Part shown: one piece after another, positions 25,300 to 38,451 of the stretch
How positions within the stretch are numbered: position 1 is the first letter of the stretch
Layout: each line of letters begins with the position of its first letter
Assembly (NCBI GenBank): GCA_038087875.1
Contig: CM075987.1
Span: 5,208,001-5,272,000 of the forward strand
Length of the DNA: 64,000 nucleotides
Direction: 5' to 3'
DNA from: Malacoraja senta
Lineage: Eukaryota
Program-made: the position numbers and the translations under genes
The notes under the pieces: generated by a model
What the model was told of the DNA's origin: nothing
The model's database searches: none
The model's input: only the letters and a program-made list of their open reading frames with translations

Positions 25300-25407
25300 G
25301 TTCTCCTTGGAAAATGATCTCGTAAAGCAGAGATATCGGGTGACCTTGGATTTAAATAAGGCGTCCTTCCACAGGTCAGCATCCAAGCCATCTGCCGTTT
25401 GCGAAAT
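25300..25407 (-). CDS. MVB12B: MVB12B coding exon (exon 3 equivalent), 108 nt, phase 0-0
   Basis: ISQTADGLDADLWKDALFKSKVTRYLCFTRSFSKEN (MABP domain); TAG acceptor 25410-25408, GTGAG donor 25299-25295. Not in the ORF track, read manually. Confidence 0.96.
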
Positions 25408-26258
25408 CTATGAAAGCAAGACAGCGTGTGAAAAGGCGAGGTGGTGTAAAGCTAATTCATGTACAGTGAGGCTTGCTACTTTCCCTAATTAACACCAACA
25501 GTACCATCACAGCATCTCATTTGATCGATTCACCAGGTCTTGTGTAAAAATATTTACAAAAATGAAATACAGCATCCGAGGATACAGTTGCTTATGGAAG
25601 ACATTGCAAACGGTTTTGATGAGAAATCTTCGATGTTTTTAAAACATGTGCGGGATGAATGGTGCGGGGCAAATTGGAAAAATAATCGTTCCCTTACGAT
25701 TCGAGCCATGGCAGAGAATTTTCATAGTGCGCAACATTGAAAACTTATGAGGCAAAGTTACAGAAGATAACGAGATGTGCTAAAATTGGATCTTGCATGT
25801 TGCTGTAGCCAGACACCAATTACACAAATGACAGCAATACTTTCAATTTACACTCAGCTTGTTCATTTTGAGGTGGAAAAACTGTGAAATGAGATCAAAT
25901 CCAAAATGTTAATGGCATTTCAATTAACACTGTCCTCTGTTAAAATGAAGGTGTGACATGCATTCTATCTGTATCGGCAAAATTGTGACTTCATTTCAGT
26001 TTAAAACTGAGTTAGTTAACTCAGCAAATATACACGGCAGACTTTTAGTTTTCAACTGTAAACTTAAAATTAATGAAGGGCTATTTCATTCAACTAAACA
26101 TGAAGCTGTTAACTGCAGTTAAAAATCACCGATTTTAATTTTTAAACAAATCACAACAGGTAGATTTTTGGCACTTACAGTACATAAAGCTAACATTCCT
26201 TTTACAAGTAATATTCCTCAACATTGTGATTCTGACAACAAGGAGTAGTAAGCATTGG

Positions 26259-26692
26259 ATTTTTGGTTTCGAGGTGCAACGCAGAAACAGGCCCTTTGGC
26301 CCATCGAGTACACGCTGACCAATGATCCCCATTACACTCGCACACGCTACGCACTAGGGTCAACCTACAATTTTTACCGAAGCCAATTAACCTACAAACT
26401 GGTTTCGGCCCAAAACGTTACCTATTTCCTTCGCTCCATTGATGCTGCTGCACCTGCTGAGTTTCTCCAGCATTTTTGTGTACCTTCGATTTTCCAGCAT
26501 CTGCAGTTCCTTCTTTAACCTACAAATTGTACGTCTTTGGAGTATGAGAGGACACCGGAGCACTCAGGGAAAACCCAGGTGGTCACCGGGAGAACGTACA
26601 AACTACGTACAGACAGCACCTGTAGTCAGGATCGAACCCGGGTCTGTGGTGCTGCAAGGCAGCAACTCTACCACTGCGCCACCATGCTGCCC
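26259..26692 (-). mobile_element. HE1-like V-SINE split by a PLE fragment (26401-26515)
   Basis: Family match; ttaacctacaaa duplicated around the insert. Confidence 0.85.
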
Positions 26693-26851
26693 TTAGAAAG
26701 AAAAAATGTTGCCTACCTACTGCTCAATCCCATTCTTAACACAGCTCACTCTCACACATCGTCTACCAGCCAAGACTACTGAGGTCTTCTTATATAGCTT
26801 CGGACACGCTTTAGGGTGAAACAATGAAAAGCAAACGATTGGGAACGAAGG

Positions 26852-27290
26852 CACAAGGAACTGCAGATGTCAAATTTTTTTTAAAGACAAGGTCCTGGAG
26901 TAACTCAGTGGGTCGGGCAGCATCTCTGAAGAACATGGATAGGCAACACTTCGGACCAGGACTCTTCTTCAGAATGATTGTAGTAAGGGGGGGAGAGAAA
27001 GCTGGCAGAGAGGTGTGGGGGGGGGGGGGGGGGGGAGTCTGTTATGTTAGGTGGATATAAGAGATGGGGGGGGTCAAAGTCTGACAAGTGATGGGTAGAT
27101 TGGTAGAATTGAATTGAATTGAATTGAATAGATACAGGAGAGGGGAAGGGCAGATTGGCAGATGGGTGGACAAAGGCCAGAGATGGGGGAAAAAGACAAA
27201 AAGGTTGAGAGATATGGAGGGTAGATGCACAAAATATGAAGGCTGGGGAAGGGATATAGGTAGAAGGTAGACGGGGGAAGGGGAAAGGGT
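26852..27290 (-). mobile_element. PLE 3' region/terminal repeat with an internal (GAATT)n microsatellite
   Basis: Terminal-repeat motif followed by purine-rich reverse-complement 3' UTR sequence. Confidence 0.65.
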
Positions 27291-28290
27291 CGCTGTTGCT
27301 TAGTTTTCTAAAAGCGGAAAATTCAAACGGCAAATGGAACTTGCTCCCTGCTGGCGTACTGAGTAAAGGAAGCATCCATTGCAAACCGCTCGTAAAACCA
27401 AGTAACCATAATGACAGCAGGAACTGTGGCAGCAGTTATAAACAGCCATCTAAAATATTTGATTTATCATTATTTTCTCCATTTTGAAAGTTGTTCACCA
27501 TGATTATGAGCCTTAAAGGAAAACACATATTGATTTGCAATAGAGATGTTAATACTTAAATTCCAGCCTTGAAACACTGAAGATGTTTGTAGGTGAAGAA
27601 CAATTTAACGACAAGCTGGTATTTGTACCGACTTTAAATAGTTAAATTCCTCTCAAGATTAGTAACTGATCAGGAACCCCCATCTAAGTGTTATCTGGCT
27701 TGAAATACATTTCTAGCACAGCCTGAGTTTAAAAGAACAAAGTATTCCACAGTTCCTTCTCTTTCCCAGCAGAAATAGACTTTCTATTCCGCAAATTGCT
27801 AAGTAAATCTACAGTTTTAAAAAATCCAATAATTTGAAAATTGCCAACATAAACAGTACATCAAAATGGGAATTCAAAAATTAAATTCAGATATACTGAA
27901 CAGAATGTCCTTTTGATTAAAAAAAAAACTTCATTGTGGCTTATACTAATTACAGTGGTAAAAGAAAGTCTTAAGCCTCACATGCCACAGACCAATGTAA
28001 AGAGACACACTGTTCCTAACTGATCATTTTCTCTGAGGATTATGCTGTAAGAAATTCTGGATGGAAGGGAAAAACCCCCACCACAGCTGTGTGGGCCCAA
28101 TCTCTGCTTGCACCATTGATGTATTTCAGATCATAGTCACCCCTATCGAAGATTTTACTTCCTAATCCAACTCGTCGTCTCCAAATGCAGATTACTATTC
28201 ATCAATGGATTTTTTCCATGTTCTCACCTGCACATCAACCTTGACGTGTAACGCCAACGACAATACACGTCGCACACTTCCATCCATTTG

Positions 28291-28535
28291 ATTTTAGAGA
28301 TACAGCGCGGAAACAGCCCCCCCCCCCCCGCCCGAGTCCGCACCAACCAGCGATCACCCTGTTACAGAGGGTCAATTAACCTACCAACCCTCACGGCTGT
28401 AGGATGTGGAGACCGGAACACCCTGGAGGAAACCCACACGGTCACAGGGAGAACCTGCAAACTCCACACACACACAGACGGCACCCGAGGTCAGGATGGA
28501 ACCCAGGTTTCTGGCGCTGTGAGGCAGCAGCTCTA
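28291..28535 (-). mobile_element. V-SINE
   Basis: Family match. Confidence 0.75.
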
Positions 28536-28544
28536 CCCAACAGA

Positions 28545-28746
28545 AGGCAGTGGAGGCCAATTCACTTAATGTTTTCAAGAGAGAGTCAGATTTAGCTCTT
28601 GGGGCTAATGGAATCTAGGGATATCGGGGGGGAAAAGCAGGAACAGGGTACTGATTTTAGATGATCAGCCATGATCATATTGAATGGCGGTGCTGGCTCG
28701 AAGGGACGAATGGCCTACTCCTGCACCTCTTTTCTATGTTTCTATG
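28545..28746 (+). mobile_element. CR1 3' fragment nested in a SINE
   Basis: Tail gaatggcctactcctgcacctcttttctatgtttctatg. Confidence 0.8.
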
Positions 28747-29974
28747 TACACTAACACTATCCTACACACGAGGGACCAAAAAGTCAATTAACCTACAAAC
28801 CTGAGTGTTGGAGGAAACCGAAGCACACGGAAAAAAACAATGCCCCAAATTCACAACTTGCCAGTCTGACAGTGCAGAGACAGTCACAAGCCCATCATTG
28901 TGTTTCCAAGAGTTACAATTCCTGCCATCAAAGACCAGGAAGACGGAGGCAAGCGCAAATTCTGATTATTCTCATGCTGATCCCACTTTACCTCATTATT
29001 ATTATTAAATCATCTAAAACATTAGCGATGCAGCGGCGCTGGTTTCCGACAGGCAAACCTAGCTTCCACAATCCTAACTTGTAAAAATAGCCTCCACCCT
29101 AATATCTTTTAACTTCCATCTCCAATAACACTGCCTGCCTTTACCAAGAACTAATTCTGGTCATTGCTGGAACTATAATCGACACCTCAGATCTACACAG
29201 ATTTTTCCCTTTTCTTTCCTTACAGTTCTCACAAAACCATGTCTTAGACCATGACTTCCTTTCTAATTTCCCCGTTCCCAACATAATCTTTACAGAACTC
29301 TTTCGATGGCTGCATTTGAAGTGCCTTGGGACAGTTGTTGCAACAAAGTACTGCTTGATAAATGTATACCATTATCAGCTTTTTAACAATAATAATATTC
29401 CACGTCGCCAATTGTCTCTGACAAGTAAGCAGAAATTGCTAATTACTGTGCTTTATTTGGTATGCAAAGATCAGCCAAGGCTTTTAGAGTCCAGAACTGA
29501 GCTGGGCACACACACAATTATAGCCCAGAGACCAACCATAAAACTCAGCTTCTGCAATAAACATTCCAAGGCAATTCGGAGATAGGTGTGAGTAAATTGT
29601 GAAGACTGCTGGGCAGGGAGAAATAGGAAAGGGTGACTGACTGAATTGGTTGAAAAGATGGGCAAAAACGGCCACGTTCTAGATCCAAATTGTACTCGAT
29701 ACATTATCAGATCCACACTTGGAGACAGAACGTCACGTCTTTCAACACAAATACAAAGATTGTGTTGCAAATTCTTCAATGGTGTTTTTTATTGTCACGT
29801 GTTCAAAGTGCAAAAGCACAGTGGAATTATTTCCTTACAAACAGTCCAGTAGAGTATTGTCATACTCAAGCACATCCCCGATTAGCAAGGGTAGAGAAAT
29901 TGTCTACTGATCCTGCATACAATAGGCCCATGGTGTGCCACCATTTTCAAAGTCTAGTCTGCACTCTCATGTTA

Positions 29975-30201
29975 AGGTCCTGTCCCACTTTCACGACTTA
30001 ATTCACGACCTCTGCCGAGTTTGCCCTTAACTCATACTCGCAGCATGGTTGTCACGAGGTCGTAGGAGGTTGTAGGTCGGTCGTGATGCTAGTCGTATGT
30101 ACTCGTGGCATCAAGTAGGTCGGGGCGTTTTTCTAGCCTGATGAAAATTGTCCACGAGTAAAAAAGGTGGTGTATTAGGTTGTGAAAGTGGGACAGGCCC
30201 T
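29975..30201. mobile_element. MITE, PIF/Harbinger-like
   Basis: TIR AGG(T/G)CCTGTCCCACTTTCAC(G/A)AC; TTA TSD (29972-29974, 30202-30204); interior rich in GTCG/CGAC. Confidence 0.8.
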
Positions 30202-30849
30202 TTATGTGCAGTGCCCAGTGCAGGCGAGCCCCAGGCTGCTGCGGGCCTCCAGCCGGCGCCTTCCTTGGACGTCTGGATCGACCAGCAAGCCGACGTCCCT
30301 CACCTCGCCCGTCCACCTTTGTTCCCCTGGGGGTGTCTCCTGCAGCCGACCTTGAGGGTCAACCCCGGTTCCCTCTCCTCGTCCATCTTTACACCGATTA
30401 ATTCAGCCTAAAATGCACAGCAGTACTAAAGCTCACTCCAAATTGCAACACATGCACAGAAATGTAATACATCCACACTAAGAGGATTTAGTTAGAGCAG
30501 TTGCTTCAGGAGAAAGACAACCAGCTTAGATGACAACTGCTCAGTATTAAACTACATTCCTAGCTTGAAGTGATCCCCAGCACAGCCATTCATTTGAAAC
30601 AAAGGAGAGTTCTATCCTGTAAAACAAGCAACAGAACAGCACGAGATTAAATTGAGTTCATCCACAAGGATGTTTTAGTTTAATTAAATCACCTTAGTCC
30701 CCTTTTAAAAAAATAATAATAATTTACGGACTTGGGTTCCACCTGTCCCCTCAGCTATTCGTTCACCTATAACTGCTCTCGAGAAAACAGAGGCACACTC
30801 ACCTTCTTGAACCATGGTGCAATCAAGGTGCTCCACATTGTCATACATC

Positions 30850-31730
30850 ACAAAAACAGGCCCTTCAACTATGCTGACCAAGATGCCCCATCTACACTAG
30901 TCCCACCTGCCTGCATCTGGCCCATATCCCTCTAAACCATTCCTATCCATGTACCTGCCCACATTTCCTTTAAATTATAGTACCTGCCTCAACTACCTCC
31001 TCTGGCAGCTCATTCCATGTACCCACCACCCACTGTGTGAAAGAATTGCCCCTCAAGTTCCCATTAAATCTTTTCCTTCTCACCATAAACCTATGTTCCC
31101 TGTTTCTTTATTTCCCAACTCTGGGTAAAAGACTTCATAATTTCTATTCACCTCATAAATGTACAGGCCTCTATAAGATCACTCCTCAGCCTCCTGTACT
31201 CCAAGGAATAAAGTCCTAGCTAACTTAATCTTTCCATTATTACAAATATAGGGTGCAAAAGTACCTTAAAAAAAAACTGAGGTCAGGTAAGGGGGGATGA
31301 AAGTTGGAGAGTTGGTATGTCCCATTTGCGTGATGCTTACAAAAACTATTTGTTTTTCTCTTTTCCCTCTTTCTCTTTCTTCTTCTTTTCTAGGGTCTAT
31401 TTCTTAACTCTTTTTCTTTTGTTTTTAATTTCGTTCTTATAGGGTCTTCGTTCTTTCTTGTTGTCACGTTTTTTACACTTTCACCTTTTCCTTCACTTTC
31501 TTCTTTCTCTCAAGCTCATCCTTTCCCTTTATTAGTGTAAAAACAAACGGAGTACATTAATTGTAAGAAGATATATGTGACGAGTACTAATGTATGTGGT
31601 TGTAATGTAATGTACTTCTAATAAATAAAAAATAAAAAATAAAATAATAATAATTTAAAAAAAATAACTTAATCTTTCCCTATAGCTCAGACTGAAGTCC
31701 TGGCAACATCCTCATAAATCGTCTCTGCAG
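30850..31730 (-). mobile_element. CR1 (HER1-like) 3' fragment split by the L1-like insertion
   Basis: Homology to 23485-23985 on both sides of the TSD. Confidence 0.8.
31236..31664 (+). mobile_element. 5'-truncated L1/Tx1-like 3' end with poly(A)
   Basis: Pyrimidine-rich UTR, AATAAA and A-rich tail; 15-bp TSD TAACTTAATCTTTCC (31221-31235, 31665-31679) splitting a CR1 fragment. Confidence 0.75.
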
Positions 31731-31959
31731 GAAGATCCAGATTGTTAATCCACCAGCACCAGTTGCTGTGGTACGGGGGCAGTGAATAGTTAGGCCAGTG
31801 GGTGGGTGCCGATCAAGCACTTTGCCCTGGATGACGTTAAGTGCGTGTTGCTAGAGCTGTAATGATCCAAAATAGTGGACAGTATTCCATCACAATCCTT
31901 CCGACGCGAGGTGATGATGAAAATGTTTTGAACAATCGGAGAGTTACTCTTGTAACTTG

Positions 31960-32540
31960 AGTATACGTTGAGTGGTCATGTTGCAGTTGTATAAGACATT
32001 GGTCAGACTGCATTTAGAGTATTGTGCTCAGTTCTGGGCACCATGTTACAGGAGAGATGTTGTCAAGCTGGAAAGGGTACAGAGAGGATTCATGAGGATG
32101 ATGCCAGGACACGAGGGTCTGACCTATAGGGAGAGGTTGAGCGGGCTAGGACTCCATTCCTTGGAGCGCCAGAGACTTTTAGAGGTGCATAAAGTCATGA
32201 GAGGAATAGATCAGATAGACTTACAGAGTCTCTTGCCCAGAGTAGGGGAATTGAGAACCAGAGGACATAGGTTGAAGGTGAAGAGGGAAACATTTAATAG
32301 GGATCTGAGAGGTAACTTTTTCCACACAAGGGGTGGTGGGTGTATGAAACAAGCTACCAGAGGAGGTAGTTGAGGCAGGGACTATCGCAACATTTAAGAA
32401 GCAATTAGACTGGTGCATGGATAGGACAAGTTTGGAGTGACAGGAACAAAACGCAGGCAGGTGGGACTAGTGTAGATGAGACATGTTGGTGTGAGCAAGT
32501 TGGGCCGAAGGTCCTGTTTCCACACTGTATCAATCTGACT
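31960..32540 (+). mobile_element. CR1 (HER1-like) LINE 3' fragment
   Basis: ORF VMLQLYKTLVRLHLEYCAQFWAP..KLERVQR..LRTRGHRLKV; tail shared with the V-SINE. Confidence 0.9.
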
Positions 32541-33271
32541 TTGCTAGGCGGCTGCTCCAGTCGAGTTTACGGCAAATGGTGACCGTCTCCCCCAGCTCCC
32601 AGGCTATTGATGGCGAGGACACAACAATGTACTGCCATTGAATGCCAAGGTTAGATGAGTATACTTTCCCTTGCTGAAATGATCATTGTCTGGCATGAAG
32701 TGCTAACGGTTACTGTCAACTCGTGCCTGACTGCCATCAAAGTCTTACCACGTGTAATCACCATCCAGGAGAATTGAATATCATTAAATCACAAAGAAAT
32801 AGCTCCAATTTCTGATCTTGTGGAAGTGTGCATGCCTTTGAGACAGCTGAAGACTGAGCCAAGGGCCCTACCTTGAGAAATTCCTGCAATGTTAACGTGG
32901 ACCCAAGATGATTGATCCTCAATAACCCGGAACATCTTTCTTCATGCTGGGCATGAATCCAGCCAGCAACAGGCCTTCTCCAATTCCCATTTAACCTCAA
33001 TGTTACTGCAGCTCCTTCAAGTCTCTATTAATTACCTCAGTTGTTCAAGCTGGGAGCTCCTGAACACGACACAACATTAACCTATGAGCTATGGATTGTC
33101 TTTGGTTGCACTAAGGACTTCGCGCATTTTTGCATTGTATTTGTATTACTTATTGATTTTTTTGCTCATAATATTATTAACATGTATTGTGTTTACAGGC
33201 CTATTTTGCTGCAAGTGAGAAATTCATTGTTCCGTGTTGGTACATACGGCAATGAAACACTTTCCACAAGA

Positions 33272-33575
33272 GGGAAGCACAGTGGCACAGCAGGTAGAGC
33301 TGCTGCCTTGCAGCGCCAGAGACACTGGGTTTGATTCCGACCTCGGGTGCTATCTGTGTGGAGTTTGCCCATTCTCCCTGCGACCGCATGAATTTCCTAT
33401 GGGTGCTCCGGTTTCCTCCCACATACTAAAAAGGAGCAAGTTTGTAGGTTAATTGGCCTTAGTAGATAGGGTGGATGAGAAAGTGAGCACTAGTGTGAAT
33501 GGGTGATGGATAGTCGGTATGGACTCAGTGGGCCGAAAGGTCCTTTTCCGTGAGGTATCTCTAAATTAAACTAAA
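33272..33575 (+). mobile_element. V-SINE
   Basis: Family match. Confidence 0.85.
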
Positions 33576-34609
33576 TAAATGCTGGACTGTGTCTTGACCT
33601 CAGGGGTAGTTCCTTTCACCTCGCCTTTGGAATTCAGTACTGCTATCCATTTTGGACCAAGACAACACAATTTTCTGCAGCCGACAGGACCATGTGAAAC
33701 CAAAATCCACATCTGTAGCCGTATTGATTGCAAGTAGGTGCCACTTGGTCACACTACTGACAATACCTTAGGTTAGTCCCGTCTTAAGAGTTCAAACATT
33801 GGAAGAAACTCGCTAGAATGCAGTTGTCTGACACTCTTTGGACTGGGTACACCTGGCCAAATATATATTTTTGTCACATACACACGCCAATGCTATACCT
33901 CAACTAGATCACCTTAGCTGGAGGCACAGCCAGCTCTAAAGCACAAACCATCAGTGTAAGCTTTGACTTATGAGGTATACTCAGCAATTTGAGTCAGACT
34001 GCAAACTCAAATGGCTAAAGATCAACTTCTTTGATGTGTGAGTACTTGGAAGAAGGCAGAAATAAATCACTCACTGAGCAATTCTGGTTGGAAACTGTGG
34101 CAAATGCTTCAAGATGTCTTTGGCACTCATTCATTAATAGGCTCCGACATCAGCAAGATCAGGATGTTCATGATTGTAGGTCTGCATTCCAGCTTCACCA
34201 AGGTTAACACTTCACTATCGAGTACATTTGATGCTGCTCTTCATAACCAAGGTCTTGGGGGCAGCAAGGAAGGGAGGGATGAGAGCTACTGGAGCCCCAG
34301 AGGTTACAAATTGTTGTGATATACAATTTAGCTGTTGATGATTGCCGACATCTCCTCAGCCTCTCATCACCTGCTACAAACTATCTCTGGCAGCTCTGGC
34401 CTTCGGGACATAGACAGCTTAGTCAGTAAAGATGACAATGATGGACAGTGAATTATTACTCCACCCAAAGTACATTTTGTTCTCTTGCTACTGCTAGCTC
34501 CTGCCACTGGTGCTTAACCCAGAGAAAGGGAGCTGGGTAATAATCAACGCTTCCTTGCCTACATCTGGCTCCCCCGAGGCGATGGGATTATATTAGGGCT
34601 GCAGTCAAA

Positions 34610-34912
34610 GGGCGAGACAGTGGTGCAGCGGAAGAGTTGCTGCCTTACAGCGTCAGAGACTTGGGTTCAATCCTGACGACTGTCTGTACGGAGCTTGTTC
34701 GTTCTCCCTCTGACTGTGTGGGTTTTCTCCGGGCGCTCTGGTTTCCTCCCACACTCCAAAGACGTACAGGTTTGTAGATTAATTGGCTTTTCAGTAAAAT
34801 CTGTAAATTGTCCCTTGTGTGTAGCATAATGCTGGAGTATGGGATGATCGCTGGTCAGCGCTGACTCGGTGGACCGAAAGGCCTGGTTCCACGCTGTATC
34901 TCTAAAGTCTAA
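34610..34912 (+). mobile_element. HE1-like V-SINE
   Basis: Family match. Confidence 0.85.
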
Positions 34913-35039
34913 GGACACCTGTTGGGATCACTACATTCCATCTGTATAACTGCACCACCATCTATGGCGAGTCCTGTTTGATCTTTCCCAGGACACTCGT
35001 ATTGTTTTACGAATGGGAAGGAGAATTAAAGTGTCCAGC

Positions 35040-35430
35040 AACCTGAAGATCTCCCGGTGGCTCAGCACTTCAACTCCCACTCCCATTCCGAATCTGACCT
35101 TTCTGTCCTGGGCCTCCTCCGTGGCCAGAGTGAGGACCACCGTAAATTGGAGGAGCAGCACCTCATATTTCGCTTGGGCAGTTTGCACCGCAGCGGTATG
35201 AACATTGACTTCTCTAATTTCAGGTAGTCCTTACTTTCTCCTCCCCTTCTCAGCTCTCCCTCAGCCCTCTGGCTCCACCTCTTCCTTTCTTCCTCCCGCC
35301 CCCGCCCCCCCCCCCCCCCCACCCTCATAGCAGTCTGAAGAAGGGTTTCGACCCGAAACGTTGCCTATTTCCTTCGCTCCATGGATACTGCCTCACCCGC
35401 TGAGTTTCTCCACCATTTTTGTCTACCTTT
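35040..35430 (+). mobile_element. Penelope-like element 3' fragment
   Basis: GIY-YIG C-terminal signature (RKLEEQHLIFRLGSL..GMNIDF-like) followed by a hammerhead-bearing terminal repeat. Confidence 0.85.
35335..35362 (+). ncRNA. Minimal hammerhead core in a PLE terminal repeat
   Basis: CTGAAGAAGGGTTTCGACCCGAAACGTT; GUU triplet, helix I only about 2 bp. Confidence 0.55.
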
Positions 35431-37093
35431 GTCAACCTGAAGATCAGATTTGTTCACGCGGGCTGAGCGAAGGTGTTCCGCTAAACGATCGCCCAGTCTG
35501 CGTTTGGTCTTGCCGACCTTCGGGGATAGGGCCAGTGAATGCCTGGAACAGGGATTGGTCAACGAACCCTACAAAGAGGCAGACCTAGCTGGGGCCCATG
35601 CGGGTGCCCATAGATACACCTTGGACTTGGAGGAAGTGGGAGGAGTGAAAGGAGATGTTGTTGAGGGTGAGGACCAGCTCCGCTAGGCGGAGTAGAGTGT
35701 TAGTAGAGGGAAATTGGATGGTTCTGCGGTCGAGGAAGAAACACAGGGCTTTAAGGCCTTCCTGGTGGGGGATGGAGGTGTAGAGTGACTGAACGTCCAT
35801 CGGAAAGATGAGGGAGTGGGGGGCTCGGAAAGCTTAAGTCATCAAAGATGACTCGGAAAGCGGAAGTCATCAAAGAGTCTATTTACCCGAACTCTATCTC
35901 CGTTACATTGATGACTGCATCGGTGCTACCTCCTGCATCCATGCAAACTCATGGACTTCATCAACTTTACCAATTTTCATCCTGCACTCAAATTTACTTG
36001 AACCATCTCCAACATCTCCTTCCCCTTTCTTGATCTGTCTCCATCACAACAGACTATTGACTGACATCTATTACAAACCCACTGACTCCCACAACTATCT
36101 CGACTGCACTTCTTCCCATCCTGCTTCCTGCAAAGTCTCTTATCCCCATCTTCCAATTCCCCTGTCTACGCCGCATCTGCACCCTCTACCATCATAGATG
36201 AGGACCTCACTCGTGTCTCCTCGGTACCCCGCAGCTGCGCCCTTGCTCCCCCTCCCCCTAGTTGCAACAGAGACAGAGTCCCCCTAGTCCTTACCTTCCA
36301 CCCCATCAACCGTCGCATACAACACATAATCCTCTGAACGAAATGTCCGCCAACTCCAACGTGATCCCACCACTAGCCACATTTTCCCACCTCAACCCCT
36401 TTCCGCCTTCTGCAGAGACCGTTCCCTCCGCAACTCCCTGGTTCACTCATCCCTTCCCCATGCAAACCACCCCCTCCCCAGGTACCTTCCCCTGCAACTG
36501 CAGAAGATGCAACACCTGTCGCTATACCTCCTCCCTCGACTGTCCAGGGACCCGACAGTCCTTTCAGGTCAGGCAGAGGTTCACTTGCACCTCCTCCAAC
36601 CTCATCTACTGTATCCGTTGTTCAGGATGTGGACTCATACATCGGCGAGACCAAACGCAGACTGGGCGATGGTTTTGCGGAACACCTTCGCTCAGCCCGC
36701 CTGAACCAACCTGATCTCCCGGTTGCTGGACACTTTAATTTAACACCTCCATTGTCAGAGTGAGGCTAAACGCAAATTGGAGGAACAGCATCTCATATTT
36801 CGCTTGGGCAGCTTACAGCCCAGTGGTATGAATATTGATTTCTCTCACTTCAAGTAGCCCCGGCATTCCCTCGCTCTCTATCCCTCCCCCACCAAAGTCT
36901 CACTAGCTTCTCATTTTCACCACACAAACAGCTTACAATGGCCTGTTCCTTTATGATCATTACTTTTTTGCATATCTTTCATTCATTGTTCTTTATCTCT
37001 CCACATCACCGTCTATATCCCTGAAGAAGGGTCTCGACCCGAAACGTCACCCATTCCTTCTCTCCAAAGATGCTGCTTGTCCCACTGAGTTAC
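35431..37093 (+). mobile_element. Degenerate Penelope-like element (RT + GIY-YIG) with inverted 5' part
   Basis: Minus strand 35431-35850: MDVQSLYTSIP...GVSMGTRMGPS (RT) and GKTKRRLGDRLAEHLRS (GIY-YIG). Plus strand from about 35886: PELYLRYIDD, CRRCNTC, FTCTSSNLIYCIRC, then a terminal repeat with hammerhead. Frameshifted. Confidence 0.9.
37021..37048 (+). ncRNA. Minimal hammerhead core at the 3' end of the Penelope-like element
   Basis: CTGAAGAAGGGTCTCGACCCGAAACGTC; core intact, helix I weak (first pair mismatched). Confidence 0.6.
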
Positions 37094-37814
37094 TCCAGCT
37101 TTTTGTGTCTATCTTAGAATGGTACAGCACAGGGACAGGCCCTTGGTCCCACAATGTCTATGCAGATATATGGTGCCAAGGCCAATCCTCAGCTCCCTGC
37201 AATTAATCCACATCCCTCCATCCCCGCAAGTCTCTTCAATGCCAGTCATATCTGCCTCGACCACCACCCCCAGCTGCACGTTTACAGTCATTCATCATCC
37301 TCTGTGTAAATAACTTGCCCTGCACATTTCCAAAATACTGTTTTACATACGATTCAGTAAAATCATACTATACAGTAGCACAATCATACATCAGTTAAAA
37401 AATGCAATGATTGAATAGATTTCTTCCGAGGCAGTACACAAAGAATGCCACGTTCCCGGCACCGTCTTGTCTGTGGAAGAAAACTCCTCATTTTGTGACA
37501 TCCCGTGATGTCAGTGAAGAGGAATCTGCAGAGATGACAGGGCTGGGTCATGCCTGCCGCATAGGTCAAAAAATGGGTGGATCATCCAGTTTTATTCTTG
37601 CTCCTTGGAAACGGGAAACTTCCCCTGCACATTCCTAAGGGCAACTAAGAGTCACGCCTATTGCTGTGCAGCTGCAGTCAGAGACAGAATGGATCAAACA
37701 GCAAATGTAGATGTTCTTCCTTGCAGAATAAAAACACTGAAAAAAAAAGAAAACTTACCATTTTTTAATAAATTCACCGTTAGTCACTATTTTTTATTCC
37801 AGATCATTTATTTT

Positions 37815-38082
37815 GGGCGGCACTGTGTCTGCTGCCTCACAGCACCTGTGATCCTCAGGTGCTGTCTGTATGGAGTTTGCATGTTCTTCCTTTGTCCATG
37901 TGGGTTTTCTCCTGGAGCTCTAGTTTTCTGCCAACATGCAGATTTGTAGGTTAATTGGCTTCTGTTAATTGTGTGGGGTGCAAAAGTGGGATAATGTAGA
38001 ACTAGTGTGAATGGATGATCGACGGTCAATGAGGACTCAGTGGGCCGATGGGCCTGTTTCCACGCTGTATCTCCAAACTAAA
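37815..38082 (+). mobile_element. V-SINE
   Basis: Family match. Confidence 0.75.
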
Positions 38083-38451
38083 CATATTCACTCCTCTTTG
38101 GCTTGAGTTGGGCGTGCAGCAATCTGCTTGTCTTTTCCCACGTCTTATTACTCAAATGATGAGACTCAACATTTCCTAATTCTTTCCTTTTTGCTGTAGT
38201 AATTATGAAAAATAAATTGTTGAATCAAAGACCAAGTCCTTAAGTTTATTTCCATTTAAGTCAATTGAGAATAAAAGCAGAGATCACGTCTCTCGGAGCG
38301 GCTAACTTACAACATACATGTGGTATTAAATACTCCAGGCAAGAGTTAACCTCAACGTAGAATCTAAGTGGACATTCGGGAGATAAATACAGAAAATTCT
38401 GGAAACATTCAGCATCCACAGTCGTTCAAAGTTTTCAACCTGAAACGTTAA

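Larger units (their letters stand above)
31740..34600 (-). mobile_element. Ancient degenerate non-LTR retrotransposon (CR1/L2 group) interrupted by younger repeats
   Basis: Decayed RT motif GISQGRALGSV (about 32850-32885) and APE-like VAREQNVLWV..FTVHH (about 34435-34490). Confidence 0.55.
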
